Positions 18,789 through 29,178 of a stretch of 64,000 nt of DNA are shown here, piece after piece. Within the stretch, counting starts at the first letter, position 1. Each line of letters opens with the position of its first letter. Origin of the DNA: Opitutia bacterium (GTDB lineage: Bacteria; Verrucomicrobiota; Verrucomicrobiia; Opitutales; Opitutaceae); NCBI GenBank assembly GCA_947478395.1, contig CANJVR010000002.1:288001-352000 (forward strand), given 5' to 3'. Under the pieces are notes generated by a model. It was not told the origin of the DNA and ran no database searches. It saw only the letters and a list, made by a program, of their open reading frames with translations. A program made the position numbers and the translations under genes.

Positions 18789-20543
18789 TTAGCGCGATTT
18801 CCAAACCTCGATCGACTGGGTTCGCGTCGGGCTAGGGCCAAACCAAATCTGCAGATCTGGGCTAGGATAATTCCGCGCGTTCACGGTTCGCGTATAAACT
18901 CCCTGAACCACACTGAACGCTAGGTTCGCCGAAGAGGTAAGGCCCTGTTCGTGGGTGGCGATCACCTCAAACGTGTAGACCCCGGTTGTAGTTGGAGTAA
19001 AAGGGTGACTTCCAATTAACGACGGAAGCGGTCCAATAAATCTACTCCATATAGTTGCTCCCGATGGTTTTATGACGCGCCAGTCGTAGTAGGCAATGTT
19101 ACCTTGGTTTGCATCGACCCGAGCATTTAAAGCGAGCACATCATTGGGGAATATGAGCGCTAGACTGGTGATGCTGAGGGAGATGGTGGGAGGCAATACT
19201 TCGGCTGTCGCAGTGCCGGTAAGATCGTAGGCGATGGTTGGGAGTAAACCATCTGTGGTTATGGCTACTAACCGTCCACTGCGCGATCCCAGCGCGGATC
19301 CCTGAGGATTAAAAGTAACGGTATTCGTGATGTTGGAGTCGCCGGCGATGCTTCCGAGATTCGAACTTACAGAAAAATCCGGTGAGCCACTGATAATTTG
19401 AACAGCGCGGAGTTCGATGGATCCGTTCCCGACATTAGCCATGATCAAATCGCGCAATGCACTATTTTTTCCCGTGCCGCTGGGGATCGAGGCGGGGCCG
19501 AAATCTATCGTCGATTGAGTGGTGATATTACTAACGTCCACAAATCTCGCTGTAAGACTGTAAGCCGCAGACATCAATATGGCGCCCGGGTTGGCGAGTG
19601 CCGAAGTAAGGCTTCCGGCGTCAGGACCATACCAGCCAGCGAAAACAAAACCTGCATTTGCAGAAGCTGCAGGAGTAGCGGTTGCGCCGCTGGCATAAAG
19701 GCCGGCCCCTGCGACGCTGCCACCAGAGTCGGAGGTTAGAGTTAAGGTGAAGGAGGGGGTTACCGTAATGCTCGCAGATGCTACGTTTGACGCTAGGTAG
19801 TTAGTGCTACTGAGGTTTTGGACGGTGACCGTGTACGTCCCAGCAACAGGAAAATAAACTGTTTTGGTTATTCCGGTTCCAGTGACGCCAGCGGTGCCAC
19901 CCCAACTGTAGCTATTAACTCCGCCCGATACCGTTAAGGTCACAGACTCGGTCGCTAAAATCGCCGATGACGTTGGGGTGATGACGATCGACTGAGGAGC
20001 CTTAGCGACCGAAAAAATCTGAGATACGTTAGTTGCGGCGCTGTAGAAAGTATTACCCGATTGTGAGGCCGCGACGGTTACGGTTCCAGCACCCGTCAGG
20101 GTGATCGTGTTGCCGCTAATTATTGCTGGGCCGCTTGAGATCGCCAAGCTTACGGGTAAGCCTGAGCTTGCAGTCGCTGAGACTGCAAATGGAGCGTCGC
20201 CATATGTTTTGTTTGGAATGGCTCCAAAACTGATCGTCTGAGCAATCTTGGCGATCGACCAGGCGACCTGGCTAGAGGTTCCGGTGTAATTCCCGGTCGC
20301 TGTCACCGTGACGGAGTAGGAGCCGACGTTGGTCGCGGTTGCCGTACCGGAGGTGGAGTAGGTGGCGCCTGCGGGCGAAGACGTGATGGTCGGGCCTTGA
20401 GCCGCGCCATTGTAGGTGAAGGTGGTAGGCGAGACGGTGAAGGTCGTCGGGATCGAGTTAAGATTAGCGGCTTGAGTGGTAAAATTTAACCCGGATATCA
20501 ACACCGCAGCTAAAACGAGGTTTTTTGTTTTAAAAAGAATCAT
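18789..20543 (-). CDS. Secreted Ig-like multi-domain adhesin (MBG-like, InlB-B-repeat-like, ASH-like and PKD-like domains)
   Basis: Signal peptide; Thr/Ser/Gly-rich beta modules; QTISFGAIPNKTYGDAPF; ANAGFVFAGW; shares a DNA-level module with the upstream gene. Confidence 0.75.
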   Translation of the reverse strand: MILFKTKNLVLAAVLISGLNFTTQAANLNSIPTTFTVSPTTFTYNGAAQGPTITSSPAGATYSTSGTATATNVGSYSVTVTATGNYTGTSSQVAWSIAKIAQTISFGAIPNKTYGDAPFAVSATASSGLPVSLAISSGPAIISGNTITLTGAGTVTVAASQSGNTFYSAATNVSQIFSVAKAPQSIVITPTSSAILATESVTLTVSGGVNSYSWGGTAGVTGTGITKTVYFPVAGTYTVTVQNLSSTNYLASNVASASITVTPSFTLTLTSDSGGSVAGAGLYASGATATPAASANAGFVFAGWYGPDAGSLTSALANPGAILMSAAYSLTARFVDVSNITTQSTIDFGPASIPSGTGKNSALRDLIMANVGNGSIELRAVQIISGSPDFSVSSNLGSIAGDSNITNTVTFNPQGSALGSRSGRLVAITTDGLLPTIAYDLTGTATAEVLPPTISLSITSLALIFPNDVLALNARVDANQGNIAYYDWRVIKPSGATIWSRFIGPLPSLIGSHPFTPTTTGVYTFEVIATHEQGLTSSANLAFSVVQGVYTRTVNARNYPSPDLQIWFGPSPTRTQSIEVWKSR

Positions 20544-20555
20544 GAAAAACTCCCC

Positions 20556-23500
20556 TTATAGGTTCCTTATGGCGGACCATGAAGGGACCAGAATCCCCTC
20601 CACTCCAAGGCCAGTTAGAACCAAGTTAAACGTAGGGTTATTTGTCGACGTGTTGATAATTGAGAGTGTCCCGGGGCGTGTTCCCGGCGCGGTCGCGTTG
20701 AATGTGATCGTCAGTGTCACCGAGGATCCCGCCCCTATAGTTACCGGATATGTCACGCCTCCAGCGTTGATCGATGTAATCGAAAAATCTCCGTTGGTCG
20801 AAGCGCCTGTAACACTCATTGAAATCCCCCCCGTATTACTGAGCGTAAAAGTCTGAGTTGAGGTGAGGGGGGATCCGGTATTAACGCGGATAGTGCCGAA
20901 GTCGGTGACACCGTAGACTGAAAGCAGAGCGGGTGGGACGACCGTAATGGTCGAGGTGGCAACGTTTGATGCCGCGTAGTTGCCGCCAGCCGAACTCTGC
21001 GCTGAGACCGTGAAGGCGCCTAGCGAAGAGAAGGTAATCGTTCTTGTGGCGCCGATACCGGAAGCCCCGGCGGTGCCGGACCAGGAGTAATTATTTTGGC
21101 CACCCGAAGGGGTAAAGGTGAGCGAAGTGCCTTGAACGACGGTTTGGTCGGAGGGGGCAAGGATCACAGTCGGGATGGCCTGAACGATGGACCATGAAAC
21201 CGAACTAGAACCGGAATAAAGGCCGGTTGCGTTGGCTGTGACAGAGAAATTCCCAACGTTAATAGCGGAAGTGGTTCCGCTGGTCGTGAAGGTGGCGCCC
21301 GCGGGCGACGGCGTGATGGTTGGACCTTGAGCCGCGCCATTATAGGTAAAGGTGGTAGGCGAGAAGGTAAATGAAGTGGCGATCGGGATAACCGTGAGTG
21401 TAAAGTTAGCCGTGGTGGCGGATTGATTGTAGTTACTATCGGCCGCTCTGTAGCATTTGAAAACGACGGTGCCGACGCTCGAAGCGGAGACGACGCCGGT
21501 GGAAGCGTTAATCGCGGCGCCGGCTGCGGTAGAACCTGTGCCCAACGCCCAGACGATGGCCCCGCTGCCATTACCGCCGCTAGCTGTCGCTGTGTAGGAG
21601 TTGCCAACCGTGCTCGTTGAACTCGAGGTGATCGAGACAGCGCCTTGGTTGGCTTTCGTGATCGTCCAGGCGACCGCGCCAGAAGTCCCGGTGTAATTCC
21701 CATTCGCCGTGGCCGTGACGGAGTAGGAACCGACGTTGGTCGCGGTGGCGGTACCCGAGGTCAAATAGGTGGTGGCGGCGGGTGACGGCGTGATGGTCGG
21801 GCCTTGAGCCGCGCCATTATAGGTAAAAGTGGTAGGCGAGACGGTATACCAGGTGGCGATCGGGATAACCGTGAGTGTAAAGTTAGCCGTGGTCGCGGAT
21901 TGATTATAGTTACCATCGGCCGCTCTGTAGCAGTTGAAAACAACGGTGCCGACGCTCAGAGCGGTGACAACGCCGGTGGAAGCGTTAATCGCGGCGCCGG
22001 CTGCGGTCGATCCAGGACCCAGCGCCCAGACGATGGCTCCGCTGCCACTACCGCCGCTAGCTGTCGCCGTGTAGGAGTTGCCGAGCGTGCTCGTCGTATT
22101 AGAGGTGATCGAGACGGCGCCCTGATTAGCTTTCGCGATGGTCCAAGCGACCGCGCCAGAGGTCCCGGAGTAAATTCCATTCGCGGTGGCCGTGACGGAG
22201 TAGGAACCGACGTTAGTCGCGGTTGCCGTTCCGGAGATGGAGTAGGTGGCGCCCGCGGGCGACGGCGTGATGGTCGGGCCTTGGGTTGAACCCGAGTAAA
22301 CGAAGCTGAGGGGACTAATCGAAAAAGTAGCCGTGACAGGTAAAACGGTGATCGTGGCAGTAGCTACGTTTGAAGCATTCCAGTTAGCGCCGCCCGGATC
22401 CTGCACGGTGACGGTGAATGTGCCGATCGTGGTAAAGGAAACCGTGGTGGTAGCCCCGGCGCCGGCGGCCCCGGCAGATCCAGCCCAAATGTAGCTATTT
22501 TGCCCGCCGGAAGCATTAAAGGTGATTGAGCCACCTACGGTGACCGATGGAGCAGTGGGTGAAATCAATACACTCTGCGTGCCCTTGCCGATCGTCCACG
22601 CGACGGCGCCAGAGCTTCCAGTGTAACTGCCGTTCGCCGTGGCCGTGACGGAGTAGGAACCGGCGTTCGTCGCGGTTGCTGTACCGGAGGTGGAGTAGGT
22701 GGCGCCCGCGGGCGACGGCGTGATGGTCGGGCCTTGAGCCGCGCCAGTATAGGTAAAGGTGGTGGGCGAGACGGTAAATGAGACGGTAGGCTGGCTACTA
22801 ATGGTAAGAGTAAAATTAGCCGTAGTGGCGGACTGATTGTAGTTACTATCGGCCGCTCTGTAGCATTTGAAAACGACGGTGCCGATGCTCGAAGCGGAGA
22901 CAACGCCGGTGGAAGCGTTAATTGCGGCGCCGGCTGCGGTAGAACCTGTGCCGAGCGCCCAGACAATAGCCCCGCTGCCATTACCGCCGCTGGCTGTCGC
23001 CGTGTAGGAGTTGCCGAGCGTGCTCGTCGAACTCGAGGTGATCGAGACGACGCCCTGGTTAGCTTTCGCGATTGTCCAAGCGACGGCGCCAGAGCTTCCG
23101 GTGTAATTGCCGTTCGCCGTCGCCGTGACGGAGTAGGAACCGGCGTTCGTCGCGCTTGCGGTACCCGTGGTCGTGTAGGTGGTGGCCGCGGGCGACGGTG
23201 TGATGGTCGGGCCTTGAGCCGCGCCATTATAGGTAAAAGTGGTAGGCGTTACAGAAAACGTGGCTGGAGTGGCCCCAGTTGTTACCGTGATATTTGCAGT
23301 GGCATCAGCCGACGCATTCCAGTCGGAGTTTCCGGGGTCTTTAACGGTTACGGTAAAGGAGCCGGTCGTGGGAAAAGTAACGGTCTTGGTTGCGCCTGTC
23401 CCAGTTGCTCCAGAGGTGCCACCCCATACGTACCCCGTTTGTGCGCCTGAGGCGGTAAAAGTAATCGACTGCCCAGCCGTGATCGTCCGAGCGGTCGGGG

Positions 23501-24236
23501 ATATGGTTACATTGGTCGACCCTTTGTTTACAATAATGGTAGCCGTCGATGGAGTAACGGTCTGCCACCAAGTCCAATTAGATTCGATGGTGGTGCGTAC
23601 ATAGGTTTTAAATATGTAGGTGCCCGCGGCTGATGGACTAAAAGTATAATCAATATTGCCGGGACCGTACCCCGCCACTATAGTTTGAGCCCCACTAGGA
23701 TCTGTCATGTCGATCCGATTTTGGACCAGGAAATCAACTCCCGTATCCAAGGAATAAAGGCCGTGAACAACCGTAGATTGTCCTAGGTTGAGCACCGAGG
23801 TATCAGATCTCACCCAAGCCTTAACAGGGTTTGCTACTTTAACCGTAAAAGACGTCGTGGAATTGAACCACCCGAACCCGGCTTCCAAGCCACAATAATA
23901 GTAAGTGTAGGTCTGGGGAATGCCTGGTGCTTGCCAGGTGAACGTCCCGCTCCGGCTGGCCCCTAGGCCTACGCCATTGGCCGAGATTGAGGACTTTGCA
24001 TTGAAGGAACCGTCGCGAACCATCGCATAGTGATTCGAGTCAAAAGGTTTGGAGCCATTGTTGGTGAAAGTGGCATCGGCCGTAAAGTAGGTATCGGGAT
24101 AAACGGGGCCATGCACTGTAAACGAAGTGTAGGCGATTGAGTTCTCTTGTATCGGAGGGATTGATTTAAGTTCAGTTTTCGTCCCTATAACGATAAATAC
24201 GACTACAAGCGCCAAATAATTAAAAATGCTCTTCAT
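20556..24236 (-). CDS. Large secreted Ig-repeat adhesin with three interleaved repeat types and a C-terminal ASH-like domain
   Basis: Signal peptide (MKSIFNYLALVVVFIV); repeats FTYNGAAQGPTITPSP (x5), NQGAVSITSSSTST...CYRAADSNY (x3), VTISPT...TFTASG (x3). Confidence 0.85.
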   Translation of the reverse strand: MKSIFNYLALVVVFIVIGTKTELKSIPPIQENSIAYTSFTVHGPVYPDTYFTADATFTNNGSKPFDSNHYAMVRDGSFNAKSSISANGVGLGASRSGTFTWQAPGIPQTYTYYYCGLEAGFGWFNSTTSFTVKVANPVKAWVRSDTSVLNLGQSTVVHGLYSLDTGVDFLVQNRIDMTDPSGAQTIVAGYGPGNIDYTFSPSAAGTYIFKTYVRTTIESNWTWWQTVTPSTATIIVNKGSTNVTISPTARTITAGQSITFTASGAQTGYVWGGTSGATGTGATKTVTFPTTGSFTVTVKDPGNSDWNASADATANITVTTGATPATFSVTPTTFTYNGAAQGPTITPSPAATTYTTTGTASATNAGSYSVTATANGNYTGSSGAVAWTIAKANQGVVSITSSSTSTLGNSYTATASGGNGSGAIVWALGTGSTAAGAAINASTGVVSASSIGTVVFKCYRAADSNYNQSATTANFTLTISSQPTVSFTVSPTTFTYTGAAQGPTITPSPAGATYSTSGTATATNAGSYSVTATANGSYTGSSGAVAWTIGKGTQSVLISPTAPSVTVGGSITFNASGGQNSYIWAGSAGAAGAGATTTVSFTTIGTFTVTVQDPGGANWNASNVATATITVLPVTATFSISPLSFVYSGSTQGPTITPSPAGATYSISGTATATNVGSYSVTATANGIYSGTSGAVAWTIAKANQGAVSITSNTTSTLGNSYTATASGGSGSGAIVWALGPGSTAAGAAINASTGVVTALSVGTVVFNCYRAADGNYNQSATTANFTLTVIPIATWYTVSPTTFTYNGAAQGPTITPSPAATTYLTSGTATATNVGSYSVTATANGNYTGTSGAVAWTITKANQGAVSITSSSTSTVGNSYTATASGGNGSGAIVWALGTGSTAAGAAINASTGVVSASSVGTVVFKCYRAADSNYNQSATTANFTLTVIPIATSFTFSPTTFTYNGAAQGPTITPSPAGATFTTSGTTSAINVGNFSVTANATGLYSGSSSVSWSIVQAIPTVILAPSDQTVVQGTSLTFTPSGGQNNYSWSGTAGASGIGATRTITFSSLGAFTVSAQSSAGGNYAASNVATSTITVVPPALLSVYGVTDFGTIRVNTGSPLTSTQTFTLSNTGGISMSVTGASTNGDFSITSINAGGVTYPVTIGAGSSVTLTITFNATAPGTRPGTLSIINTSTNNPTFNLVLTGLGVEGILVPSWSAIRNL

Positions 24237-24585
24237 AATTACCCGGTTATTGCGCCGGTAAGACGCGAGAAACATTTACGCCGGAGCCACATTTTTTTGG
24301 CGCCACTGCGGACACCAACGCAGCGTGAGTTTTCTGCCGGTCTGGAATCCCGAAGGAGGCAGCGCCTGCCGGCACGCTTCGCTCGGCGATCGGTCGGCAC
24401 AGTGCGATTTCCATTCCCCAAGTATGGGGGGGGCAGCCGGCTCAAACGTCGCTAGTACTCCCCAAGGGGCGACGCGCTTGCATGCCGCACCGCGCGGTCC
24501 CGACTCCATTTCTGGGGTCAAAGGGTGAAAACCCATCCGCCTCGGTGAAAGACGGCGGGCTCGCTCCTGAAATTCTACTTTTGAC

Positions 24586-25104
24586 TTACGGCTTCGTAGC
24601 CACCGGAGCGGCCGTTTTGGACGGTCCAACTTTCTCGAGCGCTTTTTGGATTTTATCGCCCACCTCTTTGGCCCCTAGATCTGATTCTAAGGCCTTTTTG
24701 CGCAAGACTTCCAATTCGGCCTGTAATACCTGCATCTCTTTAACGTGGACCATGATTTTGTCGTTCAGGATTTTGATTTCCGGCTGGTTACGCAGGTAGG
24801 TCTGGTATTCGACATATTTTTTGAACTCTTCGACCGTCACAACACCCTCGAGGTACTTCGGAAGCGGCGCCTCTTGAATTGGGGCCGCGGGGGCAGGGGC
24901 TGAAGAGCCAAGTTTAGGGGCCAACTTACCGGCGGGAGCTTGCGGTGCAATCGCCGCCGGCATCGGCTGCTTACTCATCGATGATGCTGGGGCGATATTG
25001 GCTTGGGCGATCACCGGAATTTGAAAAGCACAGGCGAAATTTGGCGCTAACAGGAAGCTGGCCAAAATGCTGATCCTGATTGAGCGAGATTTTAGCATTT
25101 CCAT
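24586..25104 (-). CDS. Exported hypothetical protein with Pro/Ala-rich linker and coiled coil
   Basis: Signal peptide ending AFQ; PAAP-rich stretch; helical C-terminus. Confidence 0.7.
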   Translation of the reverse strand: MEMLKSRSIRISILASFLLAPNFACAFQIPVIAQANIAPASSMSKQPMPAAIAPQAPAGKLAPKLGSSAPAPAAPIQEAPLPKYLEGVVTVEEFKKYVEYQTYLRNQPEIKILNDKIMVHVKEMQVLQAELEVLRKKALESDLGAKEVGDKIQKALEKVGPSKTAAPVATKP

Positions 25105-25153
25105 AAAAAGGTTCCGGGCGCAACGAAGTCAGACGGGGCAAAGGCCTGCTTTG

Positions 25154-26482
25154 TTATTTGGCCCCTCCCTTGAGCGCATCAAGGAGTAGGGTAAATGTCG
25201 GCAGAAACACCGCCATAACGAGTGCGCCTATAATAACGGTCGCAAGGACTGTGACCAACGGGCCGAGCAGCTTTGGCAGGGCATCTAATTTGGCGTCGGC
25301 GGTTTCCTTCAAAATGGTGGCCGTTACACTCAAAGACTCGGAAATCTGGCCAGTCACGCTGGCGGATTCCATGCGCGCCGCAATATCAGCTCCTTCGGGA
25401 CCGATCCGATGACGTTCCGACATGAAAGCCGAAAAGGGCTTTCTGCCTTTGAGCAGCTGTTTTAAAACTTCATGAAAAAAATCGCTGTATTCGTAATGAC
25501 CGGAAACTTTAGCGGCTAGTTTGTAGCAACGCTCAAGGGGAACAGCCTCGGCGTTAAGCAGGGCCAAAGCGTCAAGCGCACGCGCCATGATGATCAGCCG
25601 GTAGGCCGTACCGACCACTGGAACGCGAACAGAGAAACGCTGGAACCATTTGGCGGCAAAAATAGCTCTCCAGCCAAAAAATATCGTTATAAAACTCCCA
25701 ATGGGAATCGCCCAGATGACGGGATAATTGCGAATAAAGTTCGAGACGCCGACCACGATTTGCGTGGGAAGGGGGAGGACGCTGCCGTTGAGCCGAATGG
25801 CTTTGAAATTATCCTCTAAAGTCGGGAAGACGAAGAAATGCAGGATCGTCATCGCCGCGAAAACGAAAAACAGCGTCACGCCGGGGGTCACGAGCGCTGA
25901 GAGGAATTTGCTAGTCAAACTGCGTGACGAAGCGGAGCGCACGGCAAGCCGCGCAAAAATCACGGCTTGCTGGCCGGAAGTTTCACCCGCTCGCACGAGG
26001 GCGACCGCGACCTCATCAAAAGCGGACGGAAATTGCTCCATGGCCTCGCCCAATTTTTGGCCATGCTGCTCTAGCAGATAGCGTAATCCGGACATGACGC
26101 CGCGGAAGTACGGCGATTTGCAAAGCGGCGTAACGAGCTTGAGCGACTGCGCGGGCGGTAGGCCTGCGCGCAGGCAGCGCTCCATTTCAGAAAAAAACGA
26201 TTCAAGTTCTGGGCCTGATACGCGTTTTGACGTCGTGGCCCGAGTGAGGCTCGCGCTAGCCGCGTCAAACGGATGCGGCGTCACAACCTCATCGGCCGCG
26301 GCACCGGTGCTTGAGGCGGCGTACTGAGGGAAAGGGGCCAAAACGATGACGACTCGCTCCGTATTGCGGTAGCGGACGCGAAAGCGCATGGCCTTCCAGG
26401 TCGAAGGCGGGCCTGCGCGTGGCACCCGCGAAGCCACGGCCTGCGTTTGCACCGTTGGCGCACCGAGTGGATCTGATGTCAT
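25154..26482 (-). CDS. pilC: Type IV pilus / T2SS inner-membrane platform protein (PilC/GspF)
   Basis: FFSEMERCLRAGLP, LGEAMEQFPSAFD...LVRAGETSG, LPLPTQIV, three TM segments, MAVFLPTF. Confidence 0.9.
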   Translation of the reverse strand: MTSDPLGAPTVQTQAVASRVPRAGPPSTWKAMRFRVRYRNTERVVIVLAPFPQYAASSTGAAADEVVTPHPFDAASASLTRATTSKRVSGPELESFFSEMERCLRAGLPPAQSLKLVTPLCKSPYFRGVMSGLRYLLEQHGQKLGEAMEQFPSAFDEVAVALVRAGETSGQQAVIFARLAVRSASSRSLTSKFLSALVTPGVTLFFVFAAMTILHFFVFPTLEDNFKAIRLNGSVLPLPTQIVVGVSNFIRNYPVIWAIPIGSFITIFFGWRAIFAAKWFQRFSVRVPVVGTAYRLIIMARALDALALLNAEAVPLERCYKLAAKVSGHYEYSDFFHEVLKQLLKGRKPFSAFMSERHRIGPEGADIAARMESASVTGQISESLSVTATILKETADAKLDALPKLLGPLVTVLATVIIGALVMAVFLPTFTLLLDALKGGAK

Positions 26483-26504
26483 CGCTAAATTAAATCGCGG
26501 TCGG

Positions 26505-28628
26505 TCAATCCCAGCCGCTGGTGAGTCGGGCCGCTTCCGTGATGCTGATTATGCCGGCTGCCGCTTTGACTAACGTGTGGTAGGAGAGCGGCCGAAATCC
26601 CTCCTGTTTGCAGATATCCTGGATTTCAGATTCGCTGGCCTTCTGGATAACAGCCCGACGTAGCCGGCGGTTAAATTTAACAATTTCAAAAATCGGCAGT
26701 AAGCCCCGAATCCCGTTATGGCACTGCGGGCAGCCGTCGTGATTGGGTTCGAATATTGAGGTGGGCGCAGTTATTTCGGCGCGGGCAAAAATTGCTTTGT
26801 CCTGATCGTCCGGCGTGCGGTGAATTTTACAGTTTGGGCACAGCCGTGGGACGAGGCGTTGCGCGATCAGCGTCAGAAGCGAACCGTCAAGCTCGTGAGC
26901 CGGAATCCCCATCCCGAGCAGTCGAGCGATGGTCTCGACCGCGCCATTGGTGTGAAGGGTTGAAAAAACCAAGTGGCCGGTTCGAGCCGCTTCAATGGCC
27001 GTCGTGGCGGTTTCGAGGTCGCGAATTTCACCGACTAGAATGACATCCGGATCTTGCCGCAAAAACACTTTCAAGGCTCTCGCAAAGGGAACGTGTTTGG
27101 TGACGGAGATTTGTTGGACTCCATCGATGGTGTATTCGACCGGGTCTTCGATGGTAATAATTTTTTGCGGTTCCTTATTGGAGGGATCCAAACCTCCGGT
27201 CGCAAGGTGCTTGAGCATCGCGTTGAGCGTGGTCGTTTTGCCCGAGCCCGTCGGGCCCGTAACTAAAACGATGCCGTCCGGTTTGCCCATGGTCGCCAGC
27301 AGGATCTGCAATTCCTCCTTTTCCAGCATCAGATCGTTGAGGGATTTTACGCCTCCGTCTTTGGGCAAGAAACGTAAGACCGCAAAACCTTGCCCAGAAA
27401 TAGCGGCGTCGCCGGCCGGTAGAATACTGACTCGAACATCGAAGTACTTATCGTCGAGGCGGAGCGTGAATTTGCCGTCGACCGGTTGGAGGTCTCCCCC
27501 GTTGGCATCGATGTACACGCGCAGCAACTGGATCAGAGCGGCCAGGCGATCCAGCTTGAACCGGCCGGAATCGAGGTAACGCATGGTGCCGTGCTGACGA
27601 ATGCGCATGCTGCCCATTCCAGCCGACGAATCGATGTGCAAGTCGGAGGCCCCTGCAGCGATTGCGCGTAGGCACGCCAACTGGAGCAGCGTCGTGTCGC
27701 TGATGTTTTGGGCGTCGATGCGAATTTTGGCCAAGTCCTTTTGCTTGATCGTCATCTTGGCGACCACCGCAACTGCCGCCTGGATCACGCCACGATTAAC
27801 CGTGGTTGGGACGATCGCCTGCTTTGCTGCGCGCTTCGTGATGACCGAGCGCGCGCTGGCCGGGCACAAAATCAACGCGAGGCGCGCGTTGGCCGCGGTC
27901 CCGGTGCGGACGGTTTTCCAAGCGCTTTGGATAGATTTGGGCTGGGAGCCGTAAGCGGTATTAGGCCCAGCGGCGTAGAGGGTTTCCCCCTCAAAGACTA
28001 TGGGGATGAGTTGGTGTTCGGTCGCAAAGCTTTCCGGCATCAGCTCGGCAACACCGGGCGGAACCGAGAACGATGTCAGGTCGAGCAACGGGCAATCGTG
28101 TTGGATCGACAGGATCGCCTCACGCCAGCCCGCCGGGAGAGCTTCGAGTAATTGAGTAGGTTCGGTAACGCCCGAACCCAAGATGGCTTCAATGGCCAGC
28201 TGATCAGCTTTAGCTCCGGGAAAACGGGCTAGCGTCTGCACTAGCTGCCGCGTGCCCTCGATTCCGTGCTTTTCATTTGGTAGACGGATTTGAGCGGAAT
28301 CAAATTCGTACTCTTGGACATCGGGCGAACAAAGCCGATCCGCGGTAAGCACGCTAAGAACCTTATGCGATTCTAACGAGATACGGGTGAGGCCGAACGC
28401 CCAGAGAGGAAACTTAGGCGGTGCCGCGCTTTCGGGACTGGGATGTCCGAGCACGACCATGGGGCCAACGCGTCCTACCGGCACCCACATGTTGTCGGCT
28501 GGCGTTTGATCCATGTACGCCAGGCTCCAAGCGCAATACATGGCGAGCGCTTCGACCGGCGGCTGCGTCAACTCAATCGGGCAAGGCGCAATACGGGCTT
28601 TCAGGTCTTCGGTGATAGCAATCGGCAT
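26505..28628 (-). CDS. pilB: Type IV pilus assembly ATPase (PilB/GspE) with atypical N-terminal region
   Basis: ASDLHID, LVTGPTGSGKTTTL, ITIEDPVEY, LRQDPDVILVGEIRD, TGHLVFSTLHTN, CPNC...CPQC zinc motif. Confidence 0.95.
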   Translation of the reverse strand: MPIAITEDLKARIAPCPIELTQPPVEALAMYCAWSLAYMDQTPADNMWVPVGRVGPMVVLGHPSPESAAPPKFPLWAFGLTRISLESHKVLSVLTADRLCSPDVQEYEFDSAQIRLPNEKHGIEGTRQLVQTLARFPGAKADQLAIEAILGSGVTEPTQLLEALPAGWREAILSIQHDCPLLDLTSFSVPPGVAELMPESFATEHQLIPIVFEGETLYAAGPNTAYGSQPKSIQSAWKTVRTGTAANARLALILCPASARSVITKRAAKQAIVPTTVNRGVIQAAVAVVAKMTIKQKDLAKIRIDAQNISDTTLLQLACLRAIAAGASDLHIDSSAGMGSMRIRQHGTMRYLDSGRFKLDRLAALIQLLRVYIDANGGDLQPVDGKFTLRLDDKYFDVRVSILPAGDAAISGQGFAVLRFLPKDGGVKSLNDLMLEKEELQILLATMGKPDGIVLVTGPTGSGKTTTLNAMLKHLATGGLDPSNKEPQKIITIEDPVEYTIDGVQQISVTKHVPFARALKVFLRQDPDVILVGEIRDLETATTAIEAARTGHLVFSTLHTNGAVETIARLLGMGIPAHELDGSLLTLIAQRLVPRLCPNCKIHRTPDDQDKAIFARAEITAPTSIFEPNHDGCPQCHNGIRGLLPIFEIVKFNRRLRRAVIQKASESEIQDICKQEGFRPLSYHTLVKAAAGIISITEAARLTSGWD

Positions 28629-28650
28629 CTTGTGACTCCAGTGAGCGCGA

Positions 28651-29178
28651 TCAGCGCTGCATGAACTCCAGCAGAATCACCGGTACATTTAGGGGAGGGT
28701 GATCGGGGTCTAGAATATGCTTAACCGAAAGTTGCAGCGCTTGCGCAGTGACGCTGGTCAGGATGACGATATGATCGGCGACAAGCGGAATACCGGTGCG
28801 AGATTTTGCGGTGAATTGCTGGAGCTTCTGTCCCTCCCGATAGATATTCCCTCCCAAAATAATAGTGCCGGCGCAAATCGGCGTTGAGGGTATAACGCCG
28901 GTCAAACCCATTTCGGTGAATTTTGCCAACACGGCTGATACATTAGGCCCGGATGGTTTGACCTGAGCAGCTGCCTGATCAGCGCGGGCTTCCGGTTTTT
29001 TGAAGGGGCTAATGTCGGTACTTTCCAATTTAGAAACCTGACGATAACTCGGGGTGCGCAAAAATGGATCAGCTGCCGCGGTTTGAATAGGCGCGCTCGG
29101 GGGAGTTGACGTGGCAGAAAAACCCAAGGGAACGCACGCCACTGAGACCGAAATCAAAACAAGCATTCGAGTTTTCAC
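28651..29178 (-). CDS. Exported pilus alignment-complex protein (PilP-like position)
   Basis: Signal peptide, DPF/SPF motifs, LTGVI...IILGGNIYREGQ; synteny after the PilM/N/O-like genes. Confidence 0.55.
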   Translation of the reverse strand: MKTRMLVLISVSVACVPLGFSATSTPPSAPIQTAAADPFLRTPSYRQVSKLESTDISPFKKPEARADQAAAQVKPSGPNVSAVLAKFTEMGLTGVIPSTPICAGTIILGGNIYREGQKLQQFTAKSRTGIPLVADHIVILTSVTAQALQLSVKHILDPDHPPLNVPVILLEFMQR

